The notes under the pieces are model-generated. The model saw only the letters and a list, made by a program, of their open reading frames with translations, was not told the origin of the DNA and ran no database searches. From positions 50,997 through 114,996 of IMG/VR virus record IMGVR_UViG_3300045999_011735: a stretch of DNA of 64,000 nucleotides; one strand, given 5' to 3'. Below are positions 27,091 through 36,878 of this stretch, piece after piece (positions within the stretch are counted from its first letter, which is position 1; each line of letters opens with the position of its first letter). The DNA is from a virus. The translations under genes were made by a program, and so were the position numbers.

Positions 27091-27474
27091 TGGAGGAGAC
27101 GGGAATCGAACCCGTGTATCCATAAGGAACAATAACACCAGCGTATCACATGCTTAGATCTGCAAGCTGATCAGTAATTGGGGACGCTAGTTTTGGTTAG
27201 CGTGCCTACCACCACCTAATTTTATGAAACTAGGAAAACTAGAGCTATAATACTGAGACTATAGCGGGGTTGCTGTTCTGTTGCAAGGCTATCAGCTGCC
27301 CCTTGCGGATTAGGCTGCTACAGCGTAATCGGCACCTACGAACGCCATTAAGTCGTCGAAGGTCATTGTTGACATTTCGTCATTTATTGGTTGAAAATTT
27401 GTTTAAAGACGACATATCCAAACGTCTGCATGTAGTGGTACCTTCACATTACGGAGCAATACCTGGACTCCCCC
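27091..27474 (-). ncRNA. ssrA: tmRNA
   Basis: 5' GGGGGAG pairs with CTCCTCC-A (G3:U70), T arm ACGGG-TTCGATT-CCCGT, internal tag ORF ending YAVAA*. Confidence 0.93.
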
Positions 27475-27502
27475 ATATTTTAAAGAACTAATAATAAATA
27501 TA

Positions 27503-27895
27503 CTAAAGATTCTTTATGGTTCCAATTAAATTATCTACTGCTTCTTTCTTTCGTTTACGAGTAGTTTTTTTAGGAAGACCATTTATAATTTTTTCTTTTG
27601 CCTTAACTAATTCGGCACATAACTCATATTCTTCAAGTTCAATAAGAAGATCTAAATTTTTTTCTAGATTTTCTAAAAAATTAGTTTCTTCAACATTCAA
27701 ACAAACTATTTCCTTCGACTTAGGAATTATAATTTCAGCAAATACTGTTTTTGATTTTCCAAATTTAATACAGTGTATAATAGCTTCAACTATTTTTACA
27801 GCAAATTCATATCTATAATCTTCAAATACTGTTTTAGGAGCATTTGTTCTTATAGATAAAGGTTCAAAAATGGTAATATTTGCTTTAGTTGCCAT
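27503..27895 (-). CDS. protein with UVR-like C-terminal motif
   Basis: LEKNLDLLIELEEYELCAEL; paralog of 29684..30073. Confidence 0.65.
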   Translation of the reverse strand: MATKANITIFEPLSIRTNAPKTVFEDYRYEFAVKIVEAIIHCIKFGKSKTVFAEIIIPKSKEIVCLNVEETNFLENLEKNLDLLIELEEYELCAELVKAKEKIINGLPKKTTRKRKKEAVDNLIGTIKNL

Positions 27896-28061
27896 TATTT
27901 TCTTCTGTTGTTTTTACTTCTGGCATAGGGATAGGAGGTGGTGGATGTAACATTGCTTCATATCCTATTATGCAGTTTTCACAACATACAGTACCATTTG
28001 AGGCTGTTCGTCTTTGACAACCACAAGATAATTGGCTACCACAATTTGGGCATACTCTCAT
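27885..28061 (-). CDS. small Cys-rich protein, 58 aa (not in the ORF track)
   Basis: MRVCPNCGSQLSCGCQRRTASNGTVCCENC...; ATATTTAT upstream. Confidence 0.7.
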   Translation of the reverse strand: MRVCPNCGSQLSCGCQRRTASNGTVCCENCIIGYEAMLHPPPPIPMPEVKTTEENNGN

Positions 28062-28088
28062 ACTGTTTTATTTGAATATAAATATTGA

Positions 28089-28283
28089 TTAATCTTCAAT
28101 ACTATTGCGTAATTGTTGTTTGTATATTGCCTTTAATTTTTTACCTCGTTTTTCAACAGAAGGTTTAGTATACTCTTGTCTACTACGTAATTCTTTTACA
28201 ATACCAAGTTTATTGTGCTTGTTTTTATATTGTTTTAATGCTTGATCTATTGACTTAAAATCTTTAGTATTTACTATAATCAT
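28089..28283 (-). CDS. rpsU: ribosomal protein bS21
   Basis: SIDQALKQYK...KELRSRQEYTKPSVEKR. Confidence 0.92.
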   Translation of the reverse strand: MIIVNTKDFKSIDQALKQYKNKHNKLGIVKELRSRQEYTKPSVEKRGKKLKAIYKQQLRNSIED

Positions 28284-28465
28284 AGTCCTTTTTGTTTTTT
28301 CTTTAATTTAACCCAAGCAAGTTGTTCTGCTAATGAAGCACCTCGTTGATTTAAATCACTCCATTCTTCTTCACCTAATGGAGTGCGTTTTTTTCTTTTT
28401 TTTAGACTTTTATCTGCTTTTCTACTAAATTTGTCTTGTGCTTCGTCTTTAGTTTGAATAGGCAT
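28280..28465 (-). CDS. basic hypothetical protein
   Basis: ORF. Confidence 0.6.
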   Translation of the reverse strand: MPIQTKDEAQDKFSRKADKSLKKRKKRTPLGEEEWSDLNQRGASLAEQLAWVKLKKKQKGL

Positions 28466-28470
28466 ATTAG

Positions 28471-28680
28471 TTAGTTTATTACATCTACAATTGGTGAAGT
28501 AATAGCTGCCTTAATTTCAAAGTTACGTTCGCTTCTTTCAACTAAATACTTAGTCATTTTAGCTTCAGCTTCAGTAACTGATACAGCATCAATAAGGTAA
28601 TCTACTTTTTGTCTTTTAATTTTACCTTTTTCATCTTCAAGTTGAAATTCAACTTTAACTGTGTAATACTTGTTTTCCAT
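28471..28680 (-). CDS. DUF4494-like protein (start revised to MENKYY)
   Basis: YLIDAVSVTEAEAK motif. Confidence 0.8.
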   Translation of the reverse strand: MENKYYTVKVEFQLEDEKGKIKRQKVDYLIDAVSVTEAEAKMTKYLVERSERNFEIKAAITSPIVDVIN

Positions 28681-28711
28681 AATCTTGATTTTGTTTTTGT
28701 GTTTATAAATA

Positions 28712-29365
28712 TTATTTTGTATAAGCAATAAATTCAGATCCAGGTTCATCATCATCGTCATCTTCATCCCATAATCCAAGTGATTTCATATTTTCAATTT
28801 GTTCTGGTGATAGTTCCCACTCGTGAGGTGTTGCTTTTACTTCTGTATTGTCTTCAATATGTCTAACTTGATTTGGAGTTAATGGATCAGCAACGTATAA
28901 GAAATAACAATTGTAGCATGTTAATTCTAGATTATCAAGTAAATAGTTATTTTTATTTCCATCTTTAAAATTCAATAATAATGGTATTTTATAGTCAGTT
29001 ACTCTGCGTTCATTAAATCCACATTTACAGCATTCTTCTTTTAAATACCCTTCAGTTATTATTCTTGATTTTATTTTTTCAGGTGTAAATGATTCCCACC
29101 CAGTACCAGTTTCAACTATGATTTTAACATTTGGTTCTTTGCGTTTATTAGGTAAAAATTTGGGAATACCCTTACCGCTTTGATTTTTATGTATTTCGAA
29201 TAATGAAGGTGAATCTATATCTCCATCATTTACTTTATATTGTTTAGCCCAAGGTTTATAATGCTGGTATGATACTCCTAAATAGCGAGCAGCAGCACGA
29301 TTTGATTTTGTAAATCGCATTGCACGCAATATATCTTCTTTACTTAATGGTTTAGGAGCAGGCAT
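28712..29365 (-). CDS. HTH plus degenerate HNH/Zn-finger protein
   Basis: SNRAAARYLGVS; CCKC...LNFKDGNKNN..LDNLELTCYNC. Confidence 0.75.
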   Translation of the reverse strand: MPAPKPLSKEDILRAMRFTKSNRAAARYLGVSYQHYKPWAKQYKVNDGDIDSPSLFEIHKNQSGKGIPKFLPNKRKEPNVKIIVETGTGWESFTPEKIKSRIITEGYLKEECCKCGFNERRVTDYKIPLLLNFKDGNKNNYLLDNLELTCYNCYFLYVADPLTPNQVRHIEDNTEVKATPHEWELSPEQIENMKSLGLWDEDDDDDEPGSEFIAYTK

Positions 29366-29766
29366 TACTTTTTAACTTGTTTTATTAATTCCCATAAATC
29401 CTCAATTCGCTCTAAAGGAATAGGATTATCATCTTCATCATATATTGGATTAATAGTTCCATCAGGATTAGTTCTTTCATAAACATAAAAGCTAACTAAT
29501 TCACCTGCTTCTTTTCCAAAATGCATAAAAATAAAACTATCAATTATTTGGAAAAACGGTTCATCATACTTAGTCATATCAAGCCCATAATCAATATGCA
29601 TCATAGGCCCTCTATTTACAATATGTGTTAATAAGGAAATAGTACTAATGAATATTTCTCGTTGAGTATCTTCGTTTGTCTTTTTACGACGTTTTAGAGT
29701 ACTTTGAGCCCCTATTATTTGATTTATCTGCTCTTGAAGTTTTTCTATGTATTCTTTTTGATCCAT
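29365..29766 (-). CDS. hypothetical protein
   Basis: ORF. Confidence 0.7.
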   Translation of the reverse strand: MDQKEYIEKLQEQINQIIGAQSTLKRRKKTNEDTQREIFISTISLLTHIVNRGPMMHIDYGLDMTKYDEPFFQIIDSFIFMHFGKEAGELVSFYVYERTNPDGTINPIYDEDDNPIPLERIEDLWELIKQVKK

Positions 29767-30073
29767 AACTATTTAATGATTCTATTAATTTTTGAATGTC
29801 AGCACACATTTCGTATTGTTCTAAATCCATAAAATATGTTTGTGCTTTTTCTAATGATTGTTTCCAACCAGTACGATCAAGTGAAATATAATTCCCTGTA
29901 GAGTTTAATTCTATAATAGTTGCTTCAGATTTATTTGTTTTAGCTGCTGATTTTATTCCTTCAACAATACTATTATAAAGTATGTCTTTTATTTGTACAT
30001 TTTCTTGAATTGCTGTAAAGTCAATTCCTTCTTGGACAGTAATATACAAATTAGGAATTTTTCTTTTAGACAT
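29684..30073 (-). CDS. protein with UVR-like motif
   Basis: LEKAQTYFMDLEQYEMCADI. Confidence 0.65.
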   Translation of the reverse strand: MSKRKIPNLYITVQEGIDFTAIQENVQIKDILYNSIVEGIKSAAKTNKSEATIIELNSTGNYISLDRTGWKQSLEKAQTYFMDLEQYEMCADIQKLIESLNSYGSKRIHRKTSRADKSNNRGSKYSKTS

Positions 30074-30084
30074 ATCCAGTAGTT

Positions 30085-30459
30085 TTATACTTGTTCTTTT
30101 TCAGCACCTCCAGTTTCCAATGCTGATTTGATAAGCATTTTGATATTATTTAGGCTAATTAAAAATCCAATAACATTTTCATAAGGTACATCTAAATCAA
30201 CGTCAACACTTAACATATGAGGAGCTAAACCAGCATTTAACTTGGTTTTTAACTTTTGTGTTAATTCTTCTTTTTGACTTTGAGTATATCCTTTAGGTAA
30301 TATAAATTGAACTTTAATACCCTTTTTAGTTGGGTTTGAATTAACGTCTAATTTTAAGCGAGGTGATGTAGATGTATCAACTTCAACATCTGCTGTTGCT
30401 TCTACTTCTTCTGCTTCAAGATATAACTTTAACTCTTCTAATATGCTAATTGGTTTCAT
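30085..30459 (-). CDS. hypothetical protein
   Basis: ORF with ATATTTAT upstream. Confidence 0.7.
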   Translation of the reverse strand: MKPISILEELKLYLEAEEVEATADVEVDTSTSPRLKLDVNSNPTKKGIKVQFILPKGYTQSQKEELTQKLKTKLNAGLAPHMLSVDVDLDVPYENVIGFLISLNNIKMLIKSALETGGAEKEQV

Positions 30460-30462
30460 GTA

Positions 30463-31395
30463 CTATTTTCGTATAAATATTAAATCTTGTTCAAATGATT
30501 CTAATGATTCTACATTAACTTTAACATTTCCTAACTCAAACATACCGATTTCGTTATTTTCTGCAACAATATCATTCAGTTGTGTTAAAAATGTGTAATC
30601 TTGTTGAGTAAAGGTATTAACATCTATTTCAACAACCACATTTGCTTCTTCAAGAGGAGATGTAAAGAATAAGTCTAATGCTTTAGTTAGGTCAGGAGTA
30701 GCATTACCTATAATAACATAAGCCTTTTTATATACCTTATTATATTTGGATATCCTAAAACCCCACTTTTTAATAAAGGCTAAGTTAGACATCATTTCGA
30801 TTTCTTGATAGTTATCTGATCTTGATGTTTTGCTCACAAAGTGATATACCATAGCTGCATTTGCTACTTTACATTCAAACCCAGCTAATTTATATCTTAA
30901 ATGCACATCATCATCTTCACAGAATTTTTTAAAGGTATATCCATCTATGTCAAGATAATCTTCTTTATAAACGGCAAAGAATAGTTGTGAACCACCATCA
31001 ATCAAAACATCATCTACAGTATATTGAAAGAATTTGTTTTTATCGTAATTTTCAATTCCACGACCACAATCAAATATAGATTTGCCTGGATATTCGTCTG
31101 TGTAAATTGGTGGTTCTACTCGATGATAAACTAATACCATTTTGCGTTTAATATGCTTTAAAATAGTTTCCACAAATCCAGGATGTGGCACCATATCATT
31201 ATGCATCAATACTACTACTTCACCTTTTGCTTTAGCTACAGCATTGTTAAAATTAATTCCTAAAGTCACATCATCATTTACTTCAACTACAATTTCAACT
31301 TCATTTTCATCAGGATATAACTCTCTGATTTGTTGAACCGCAAAGTCAGTATAATGTTGATTAGATGTGGTTGCTGGTATTATTAGTGATATCAT
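30463..31395 (-). CDS. glycosyltransferase family 2
   Basis: ISLIIP, HND, CEDDDVHLR, VYHFVS. Confidence 0.85.
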   Translation of the reverse strand: MISLIIPATTSNQHYTDFAVQQIRELYPDENEVEIVVEVNDDVTLGINFNNAVAKAKGEVVVLMHNDMVPHPGFVETILKHIKRKMVLVYHRVEPPIYTDEYPGKSIFDCGRGIENYDKNKFFQYTVDDVLIDGGSQLFFAVYKEDYLDIDGYTFKKFCEDDDVHLRYKLAGFECKVANAAMVYHFVSKTSRSDNYQEIEMMSNLAFIKKWGFRISKYNKVYKKAYVIIGNATPDLTKALDLFFTSPLEEANVVVEIDVNTFTQQDYTFLTQLNDIVAENNEIGMFELGNVKVNVESLESFEQDLIFIRK

Positions 31396-32254
31396 ATATC
31401 ATTCTGTTTTTAATTGATGGTATTGGTTTTACAAAATCATTATTATCAAATTGTGGCATTGCTCCCCATTTATTTAAAAATTTCTTTGCATTTTTATATT
31501 CATTAAGTCTTTGTCTTTCAGAAGATTGTCCATTGTTTTCTTCTAAACGATGTGAACCTCTACCTGCAAAATGCCAAATTACAGATTTAGTTGTTTGAAC
31601 AAATCCAAACCCTTCATTTTGCATTCTAATAAATAAGTCCATGTCTTCCCAAGATGTTGGAGCAAATAAGGCATCATTGCCTCCAATATAGTCCCAATCT
31701 TCTTTTCTAATTATAAACCCACCTGCACCTTCACATCTTCTTATTTGAATATCATTCAAGCTACTAAATTCTCTTGAAAATTCCAAAAATGCATTTTCAT
31801 TAAAATCATCATGATATGCCCCAATTGCATCTACAGGAAAGAATATATTACCTGGTTTTTGAGGTGGATTGTTAAATATGTTTGGTTGTATTCTCCAAGA
31901 CGATATGGCATATTTACTGTCATATTTTCTTATTTCATTTAATAATACTAAATCAAACTCTTCAGCAACATAAAAGTCAGATTGTAAAAATATAATATAT
32001 TCTGTTTTTACCTTACTAGCACAGAAGTTCATCCCACCACCTATTCCTCTAGCCGGTTCAAAATGTGGTTCAATATATATTTCTAGATTGTATTGATCTT
32101 TAACTTCTTCAAGCCATTCGTTTGTTCCATCAGTACAGTTTTCTGCATGTATTATAAATGGAGCATCTTTAAAATAGGCATTTTGTCTTACTGATTTGAT
32201 GCTCCATTTTAAATATTCTAGATTATTGTATGTTGAAATTGTAAATGTAATCAT
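31361..32254 (-). CDS. glycosyltransferase family 2
   Basis: TYNN, CTDGT, WEDMDLFIR. Confidence 0.9.
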   Translation of the reverse strand: MITFTISTYNNLEYLKWSIKSVRQNAYFKDAPFIIHAENCTDGTNEWLEEVKDQYNLEIYIEPHFEPARGIGGGMNFCASKVKTEYIIFLQSDFYVAEEFDLVLLNEIRKYDSKYAISSWRIQPNIFNNPPQKPGNIFFPVDAIGAYHDDFNENAFLEFSREFSSLNDIQIRRCEGAGGFIIRKEDWDYIGGNDALFAPTSWEDMDLFIRMQNEGFGFVQTTKSVIWHFAGRGSHRLEENNGQSSERQRLNEYKNAKKFLNKWGAMPQFDNNDFVKPIPSIKNRMIYDITNNTSNHI

Positions 32255-32257
32255 TTA

Positions 32258-32956
32258 TTATTGTTTTTTAAAGGTGAAATACCAATTCCATGATCTTCTT
32301 AAAGATTCATCCATTGTTGATTCGGACTCTATTCTAGGATAATCAGCAGTCATTAGAATTGATGGATAAACAGATACTGGATCCCAACCATGGGTATACA
32401 TAAAGTAGATAAAATTATCATAATCAAATAATCCTCTATAAATCCAATCATGTCCCATTCTCCAATTAGGTACTGAAATAGAGAATAAAGTATGTTCTGG
32501 GGTGTGGGTATGTAGATTTCTGATTAAATTACCTGGATTGCTAACATGTTCTAGGAAATCATTTGCTACTATTACATCATATTTGTCTGTTAATGGTGTA
32601 ACGTCAATTCCATCCATCATATTTTGAACTATGAATTTTCCTTTATATCCACGTTCATCAAATAATTGTTTAGCACCTATTTTATCTACAAACGTATAAT
32701 TACACCCTGTTTCATTAATAATTAACTGTCCTAAATATCCAGGACCAGATCCTAATTCTAACACATAACTATCTTTAGTTACATTAGTTTCATTTATTAT
32801 TAACTTTTTTTCGTATTCATATCTTTGCTTCCATATGTCTTCAGTATCTCTGAGTTGTCCTTCAGGTACAGTAGTCCATTCTAAATTTTGTTTTTCTTCA
32901 GTATGCTGAGTTACATAGTGTGCTTTAAAATCAACATCGTTTGAGTGTCTAAACAT
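32258..32956 (-). CDS. class I SAM-dependent methyltransferase
   Basis: VLELGSGPG, DFLEHVSNP. Confidence 0.9.
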   Translation of the reverse strand: MFRHSNDVDFKAHYVTQHTEEKQNLEWTTVPEGQLRDTEDIWKQRYEYEKKLIINETNVTKDSYVLELGSGPGYLGQLIINETGCNYTFVDKIGAKQLFDERGYKGKFIVQNMMDGIDVTPLTDKYDVIVANDFLEHVSNPGNLIRNLHTHTPEHTLFSISVPNWRMGHDWIYRGLFDYDNFIYFMYTHGWDPVSVYPSILMTADYPRIESESTMDESLRRSWNWYFTFKKQ

Positions 32957-32961
32957 GTTTT

Positions 32962-33693
32962 TTAAATTTTATAATTAAATGCTTTATTTCTTATTTCTGT
33001 AAATTTATTAAATTTTCCTGTTTCAGTAAAATATTCAAACATATTTCTTTCAGCCATGCTGTTTGTGTCGGATAATTCGTCTGCAAATAGCTTTAGTGTT
33101 TGACTAATTAAGTGAATAGTAGGTGTTTTATCACATACTCCCATTTTCCAATTATTTTCTTCACATATCATTGCTGATAGGCAATCTATACCCCATCCAT
33201 AAATTAATTTGGAAGGTATTGGATATAATTTTTCAGCTAATTCTCTTGAAAACATAGGTGCTTGGTAATCTATAAATGGTACTTCTCTAGTTGTACCTGT
33301 ATTCCAAGGTCTCATTGTTTTCCATATTGTTTGATCCCCTGTATGTGGTTCTAAAATGCAAGGTGAAATTAATTTAAAATCGCCTTTAAACATTTCTTCA
33401 CGTAATGTTCTAATATAGTTAGCTCCATGTAATAATACATCGTTATTTAAAATAATAACAGAATCATATTGTGGTGATTCTAAGAATAAATCTAAAATAA
33501 CACTTACACCACCTCCATAACGTACATTTTCTTCTAAAGCATGTGTTGTGTATTTACTAACTTTATCTTTATGTGAACCATTATCTATAACAGCAACGTC
33601 GTATATATCTTCTTCAAATGGTTTTAAAGTTTCATATAAACTATCTGTTAATTCAAATGTGTTGTATTGTAATATTGCTACTAGTGTTTTCAC
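32962..33693 (-). CDS. glycosyltransferase family 2
   Basis: IDNGS, LNND, GWGID. Confidence 0.85.
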   Translation of the reverse strand: MKTLVAILQYNTFELTDSLYETLKPFEEDIYDVAVIDNGSHKDKVSKYTTHALEENVRYGGGVSVILDLFLESPQYDSVIILNNDVLLHGANYIRTLREEMFKGDFKLISPCILEPHTGDQTIWKTMRPWNTGTTREVPFIDYQAPMFSRELAEKLYPIPSKLIYGWGIDCLSAMICEENNWKMGVCDKTPTIHLISQTLKLFADELSDTNSMAERNMFEYFTETGKFNKFTEIRNKAFNYKI

Positions 33694-34271
33694 TATATAC
33701 GTTTTAAAATAGTTAAACCATTATTGTTTGTATATGTTTCGTGAACATTCCATTCTTTATGTTCTTCTAAGAATTCATTTATGGCAGGTATTAGTCCTTT
33801 CTTTTCAGACCCGTTATACCACCCAAATTTATCATAGCTGTTTAATTCATCTTGATTTCCAAACAATACAGTATCGTGTAAAATAATATATTTTTTTACT
33901 TTTGAAGCATGTAGTGTTAATTCAGCACTTAGTTGTTTATATGAGTGCCAAGTATCAATGAATAATAAGTCAGTTTCGTCAATTTCTATTTCTAAATTAT
34001 TAGTTAACCAAAATTTATATTGACAATTTATGTCTCTAGCATATTGTTCAGCTAATTCAATACTAGCACCCCATTTTGATGGGTGTTGTATGTCAATAGA
34101 AAACATTTTTTTAGGCTTAGCAGCCAAGAAAGCATAAGTAGATACGATCCATCTTACACCCATTTCAGTTACATGTTCACATTCTTCAGCATACTTTTTT
34201 AATGTTGGAAGATGTTCATTAATATCTGATTCGGTTTTTACTAAGTATTTATATTTTTCTTCTAATGTCAT
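33693..34271 (-). CDS. methyltransferase (Methyltransf_24-like)
   Basis: EMGVR, LLFIDTWHSY, ILHDT, NNNGLTIL. Confidence 0.85.
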   Translation of the reverse strand: MTLEEKYKYLVKTESDINEHLPTLKKYAEECEHVTEMGVRWIVSTYAFLAAKPKKMFSIDIQHPSKWGASIELAEQYARDINCQYKFWLTNNLEIEIDETDLLFIDTWHSYKQLSAELTLHASKVKKYIILHDTVLFGNQDELNSYDKFGWYNGSEKKGLIPAINEFLEEHKEWNVHETYTNNNGLTILKRI

Positions 34272-34891
34272 GTATTAGTATATTTTCGACTTATATCTCT
34301 GAAGTTTTCTATAAACACATACCCAGGATTACTTAGTATAAGTGGTTCAGATATTGTATTATAACTACGTAATAATGTTTCGCCATATCCTTTTGTAAAT
34401 CCAATTATACCCCAAGCATAAGCATTATCTTCTTTTGTAAATATACGCTTAGGTTTTTCATAAAACACATTTTCACATATAATTCCCCAGTTTGAATGGT
34501 CTTCAACATTGAATAAAGCAAACACACAGTCATTACCTGCTTTCATACATTTGGAAATATCAGTGAACATGTTTTCAGGATATTCGAATCTAGTATCAGG
34601 TAGTATCATTATGTTATATTCACCCCAATATTCTTTAGCACTTAGTAAAGATTCACCTGTAGATTCACCTCCACCAATTACATGTTCTATATTATTATCT
34701 TCTAGATATTTAATAAATTCTACTTTTTCTTTTCTAGTAATAATTACAGGTTCAATATTAAATCGTTTGCATATATTTAAAGACCACTCAATTGTTGGTT
34801 TTCCGTCTTCATCAGGTAATAATTCCTTAGCTTCATGAGGTTGCATTCTCATTCTTGTTCCATAACCAGCACAAGGTATTAATGCTTTCAT
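34268..34891 (-). CDS. sugar-phosphate nucleotidyltransferase
   Basis: IPCAGYGTRM...KELLP. Confidence 0.85.
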   Translation of the reverse strand: MKALIPCAGYGTRMRMQPHEAKELLPDEDGKPTIEWSLNICKRFNIEPVIITRKEKVEFIKYLEDNNIEHVIGGGESTGESLLSAKEYWGEYNIMILPDTRFEYPENMFTDISKCMKAGNDCVFALFNVEDHSNWGIICENVFYEKPKRIFTKEDNAYAWGIIGFTKGYGETLLRSYNTISEPLILSNPGYVFIENFRDISRKYTNT

Positions 34892-35598
34892 AAAATACTA
34901 TTTAATTTTTCTAAATTCATTGATATATTTCCTGGTACGTGATCTGGTTTTTGTGATGGTTGAGTTTCTGGTTTTGTTTGTTTTGCTAGATCAAGCATTG
35001 TTTTAATCTCAGTACCTACATTGTAAATACCTGTTGCTTTTTTATTTATTAATTTAACAATTAAATCTGCTATTATATCTACATAATCAAAGTTTCCTAT
35101 TTGATTATACCAGGCATATTTAAATTCAAACGGTCTAGATTTAAATGAACATCTACAAATTAAATGGTTGTTGTTAGTTAACGAAATATATTCATCAGCT
35201 AACAATTTGTAGTATGTATACCAGTTGTTTGAAGGTACAGGCATATCCTCTTCAGTTGCATTGTTTACAGATCCAGCATAAACATAATCTGTTGAAATAT
35301 GTACTAACTTTATTTTATAAGCATTACACACATCAGAAAGTATACTAACCGCTTCATAGTTTACTTTATACATCGACTCTTTATCTGTTGAATATGTGTC
35401 TGTATTTGCAATGCAATTTACTACTACATCATATTTTGATGTTACTATAGTACCGTGATGTATTTCTAATAGAGTATCAGTAATATCTTTATTATTAGTA
35501 AGATCAAATCCATCTTTTTTTCTTGAAATATAATCCCATTTAGTTTGTTTTACTATTTCAGATCCTAACTTTCCATCTCCTAATACTAATACTTTCAT
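34888..35598 (-). CDS. RmlD-like NDP-4-keto-sugar reductase
   Basis: GDGKLG, HISTDYVY, YxxxK. Confidence 0.88.
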   Translation of the reverse strand: MKVLVLGDGKLGSEIVKQTKWDYISRKKDGFDLTNNKDITDTLLEIHHGTIVTSKYDVVVNCIANTDTYSTDKESMYKVNYEAVSILSDVCNAYKIKLVHISTDYVYAGSVNNATEEDMPVPSNNWYTYYKLLADEYISLTNNNHLICRCSFKSRPFEFKYAWYNQIGNFDYVDIIADLIVKLINKKATGIYNVGTEIKTMLDLAKQTKPETQPSQKPDHVPGNISMNLEKLNSIL

Positions 35599-36878
35599 TT
35601 GAATTTCTTTAAAACGTCTTCAATGTATCCAAATACAGGTTCACGATAATGAGGAGCAGCTCCAACAAAGAATACTTTATCAAGTACCTTATTTGCTTCA
35701 GGGTATTTTTTATAATCATCTAAAAATTCAAATCCAGGATGCATTAATATATTTCCTGCGAAGTAATTTCTAGTTTGTATTTTATTATCTTCTAGATGTT
35801 GTACTAATCTATGTTTTAATCCTTCTTCTTCACATATGATTGGAGTTCCAAACCAACATGGTTCTGCTTTATCTAATGTTTGAGGTACTCTTACATTTGG
35901 AATATATTTTAAAAATATTGATTCAATTACATCTTTAGAAAGTCTTCTATTTTTTTCTATTTCTTCAAATTTATCTAATTGAGCTAATCCAATAGCACCT
36001 TGCAAATCTAATGGTTTTAAATTAAATCCCATATTTGCAAACACGTATTTGTGATCAATTATACCATCATAATTTTCAAGCCATTTATCAAATCTGTTTC
36101 CACAAGTACCACATGATAATAAATTAGCTGATCCTACACAATAGCAATCTCTACCCCACCATGAAAAACTTACAAATAATGATTTTAATTTGTCATCATT
36201 AGTACAAACCATCCCACCTTCACCTGTTGAAATGTGGTGTGCTGGGTAGAATGAGTTTGAATGTGCTATATAATAATCTGTTAAGAGTAACCCTCCCCAC
36301 TTGCTTCCTAAGCTGTCACAGTTGTCACCTATCAACTTGAGATCATACTTATTTGCTAATTCTACTAGCTTATCAAAGTCGGGAGGATTACCTAGTACAG
36401 GAGAAACAAATATACCTTTTGTTTTTGGTGTAATTTTTTCTTCAATTTTATTTACATCAAAGTTTAAAGTATCCCATTCAATATCTACAAATACAGGTTT
36501 TAATCTATTTTGATAAATTACAGATACTGTTGTTGCAAATCCAACAGGCGACACGATTAATTCATCATCGTCTTGCCAATTGAATCGTTTTTTAAGAGCA
36601 GCAATCAATACTAAGTTAGCAGATGAACCTGAGTTCACCATGTGAGCATGCTTTTGATTGAATTTCTTTGCAAATCTGCTCTCAAATTTATGTACTTTTT
36701 CTCCTGCTACAATCCACTTTCCATTTAAGAAAGCATCCATAGCAGCTACTATCTCATTACTATCCCAGTAAGGACCTGAATAATATACTGGTGTTTTGCC
36801 AGGTTCAAAATGGTCATTATAAATGTATTTTGGAACATGGTTTCCAGCTAATGCTTGTATGTTTGATAATTCTATCAT
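35595..36878 (-). CDS. rfbH: RfbH/DdhC-like NDP-4-keto-6-deoxyglucose 3-dehydratase
   Basis: NSGSSAN, SFYPAHHISTGEGG (His in place of Lys), WGRDCYC...TC Fe-S motif, TRNYFAGN. Confidence 0.88.
   Translation of the reverse strand: MIELSNIQALAGNHVPKYIYNDHFEPGKTPVYYSGPYWDSNEIVAAMDAFLNGKWIVAGEKVHKFESRFAKKFNQKHAHMVNSGSSANLVLIAALKKRFNWQDDDELIVSPVGFATTVSVIYQNRLKPVFVDIEWDTLNFDVNKIEEKITPKTKGIFVSPVLGNPPDFDKLVELANKYDLKLIGDNCDSLGSKWGGLLLTDYYIAHSNSFYPAHHISTGEGGMVCTNDDKLKSLFVSFSWWGRDCYCVGSANLLSCGTCGNRFDKWLENYDGIIDHKYVFANMGFNLKPLDLQGAIGLAQLDKFEEIEKNRRLSKDVIESIFLKYIPNVRVPQTLDKAEPCWFGTPIICEEEGLKHRLVQHLEDNKIQTRNYFAGNILMHPGFEFLDDYKKYPEANKVLDKVFFVGAAPHYREPVFGYIEDVLKKFK

Noticed and set aside
27270-27491. 73-aa plus-strand ORF
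   Set aside because: Antisense to the tmRNA
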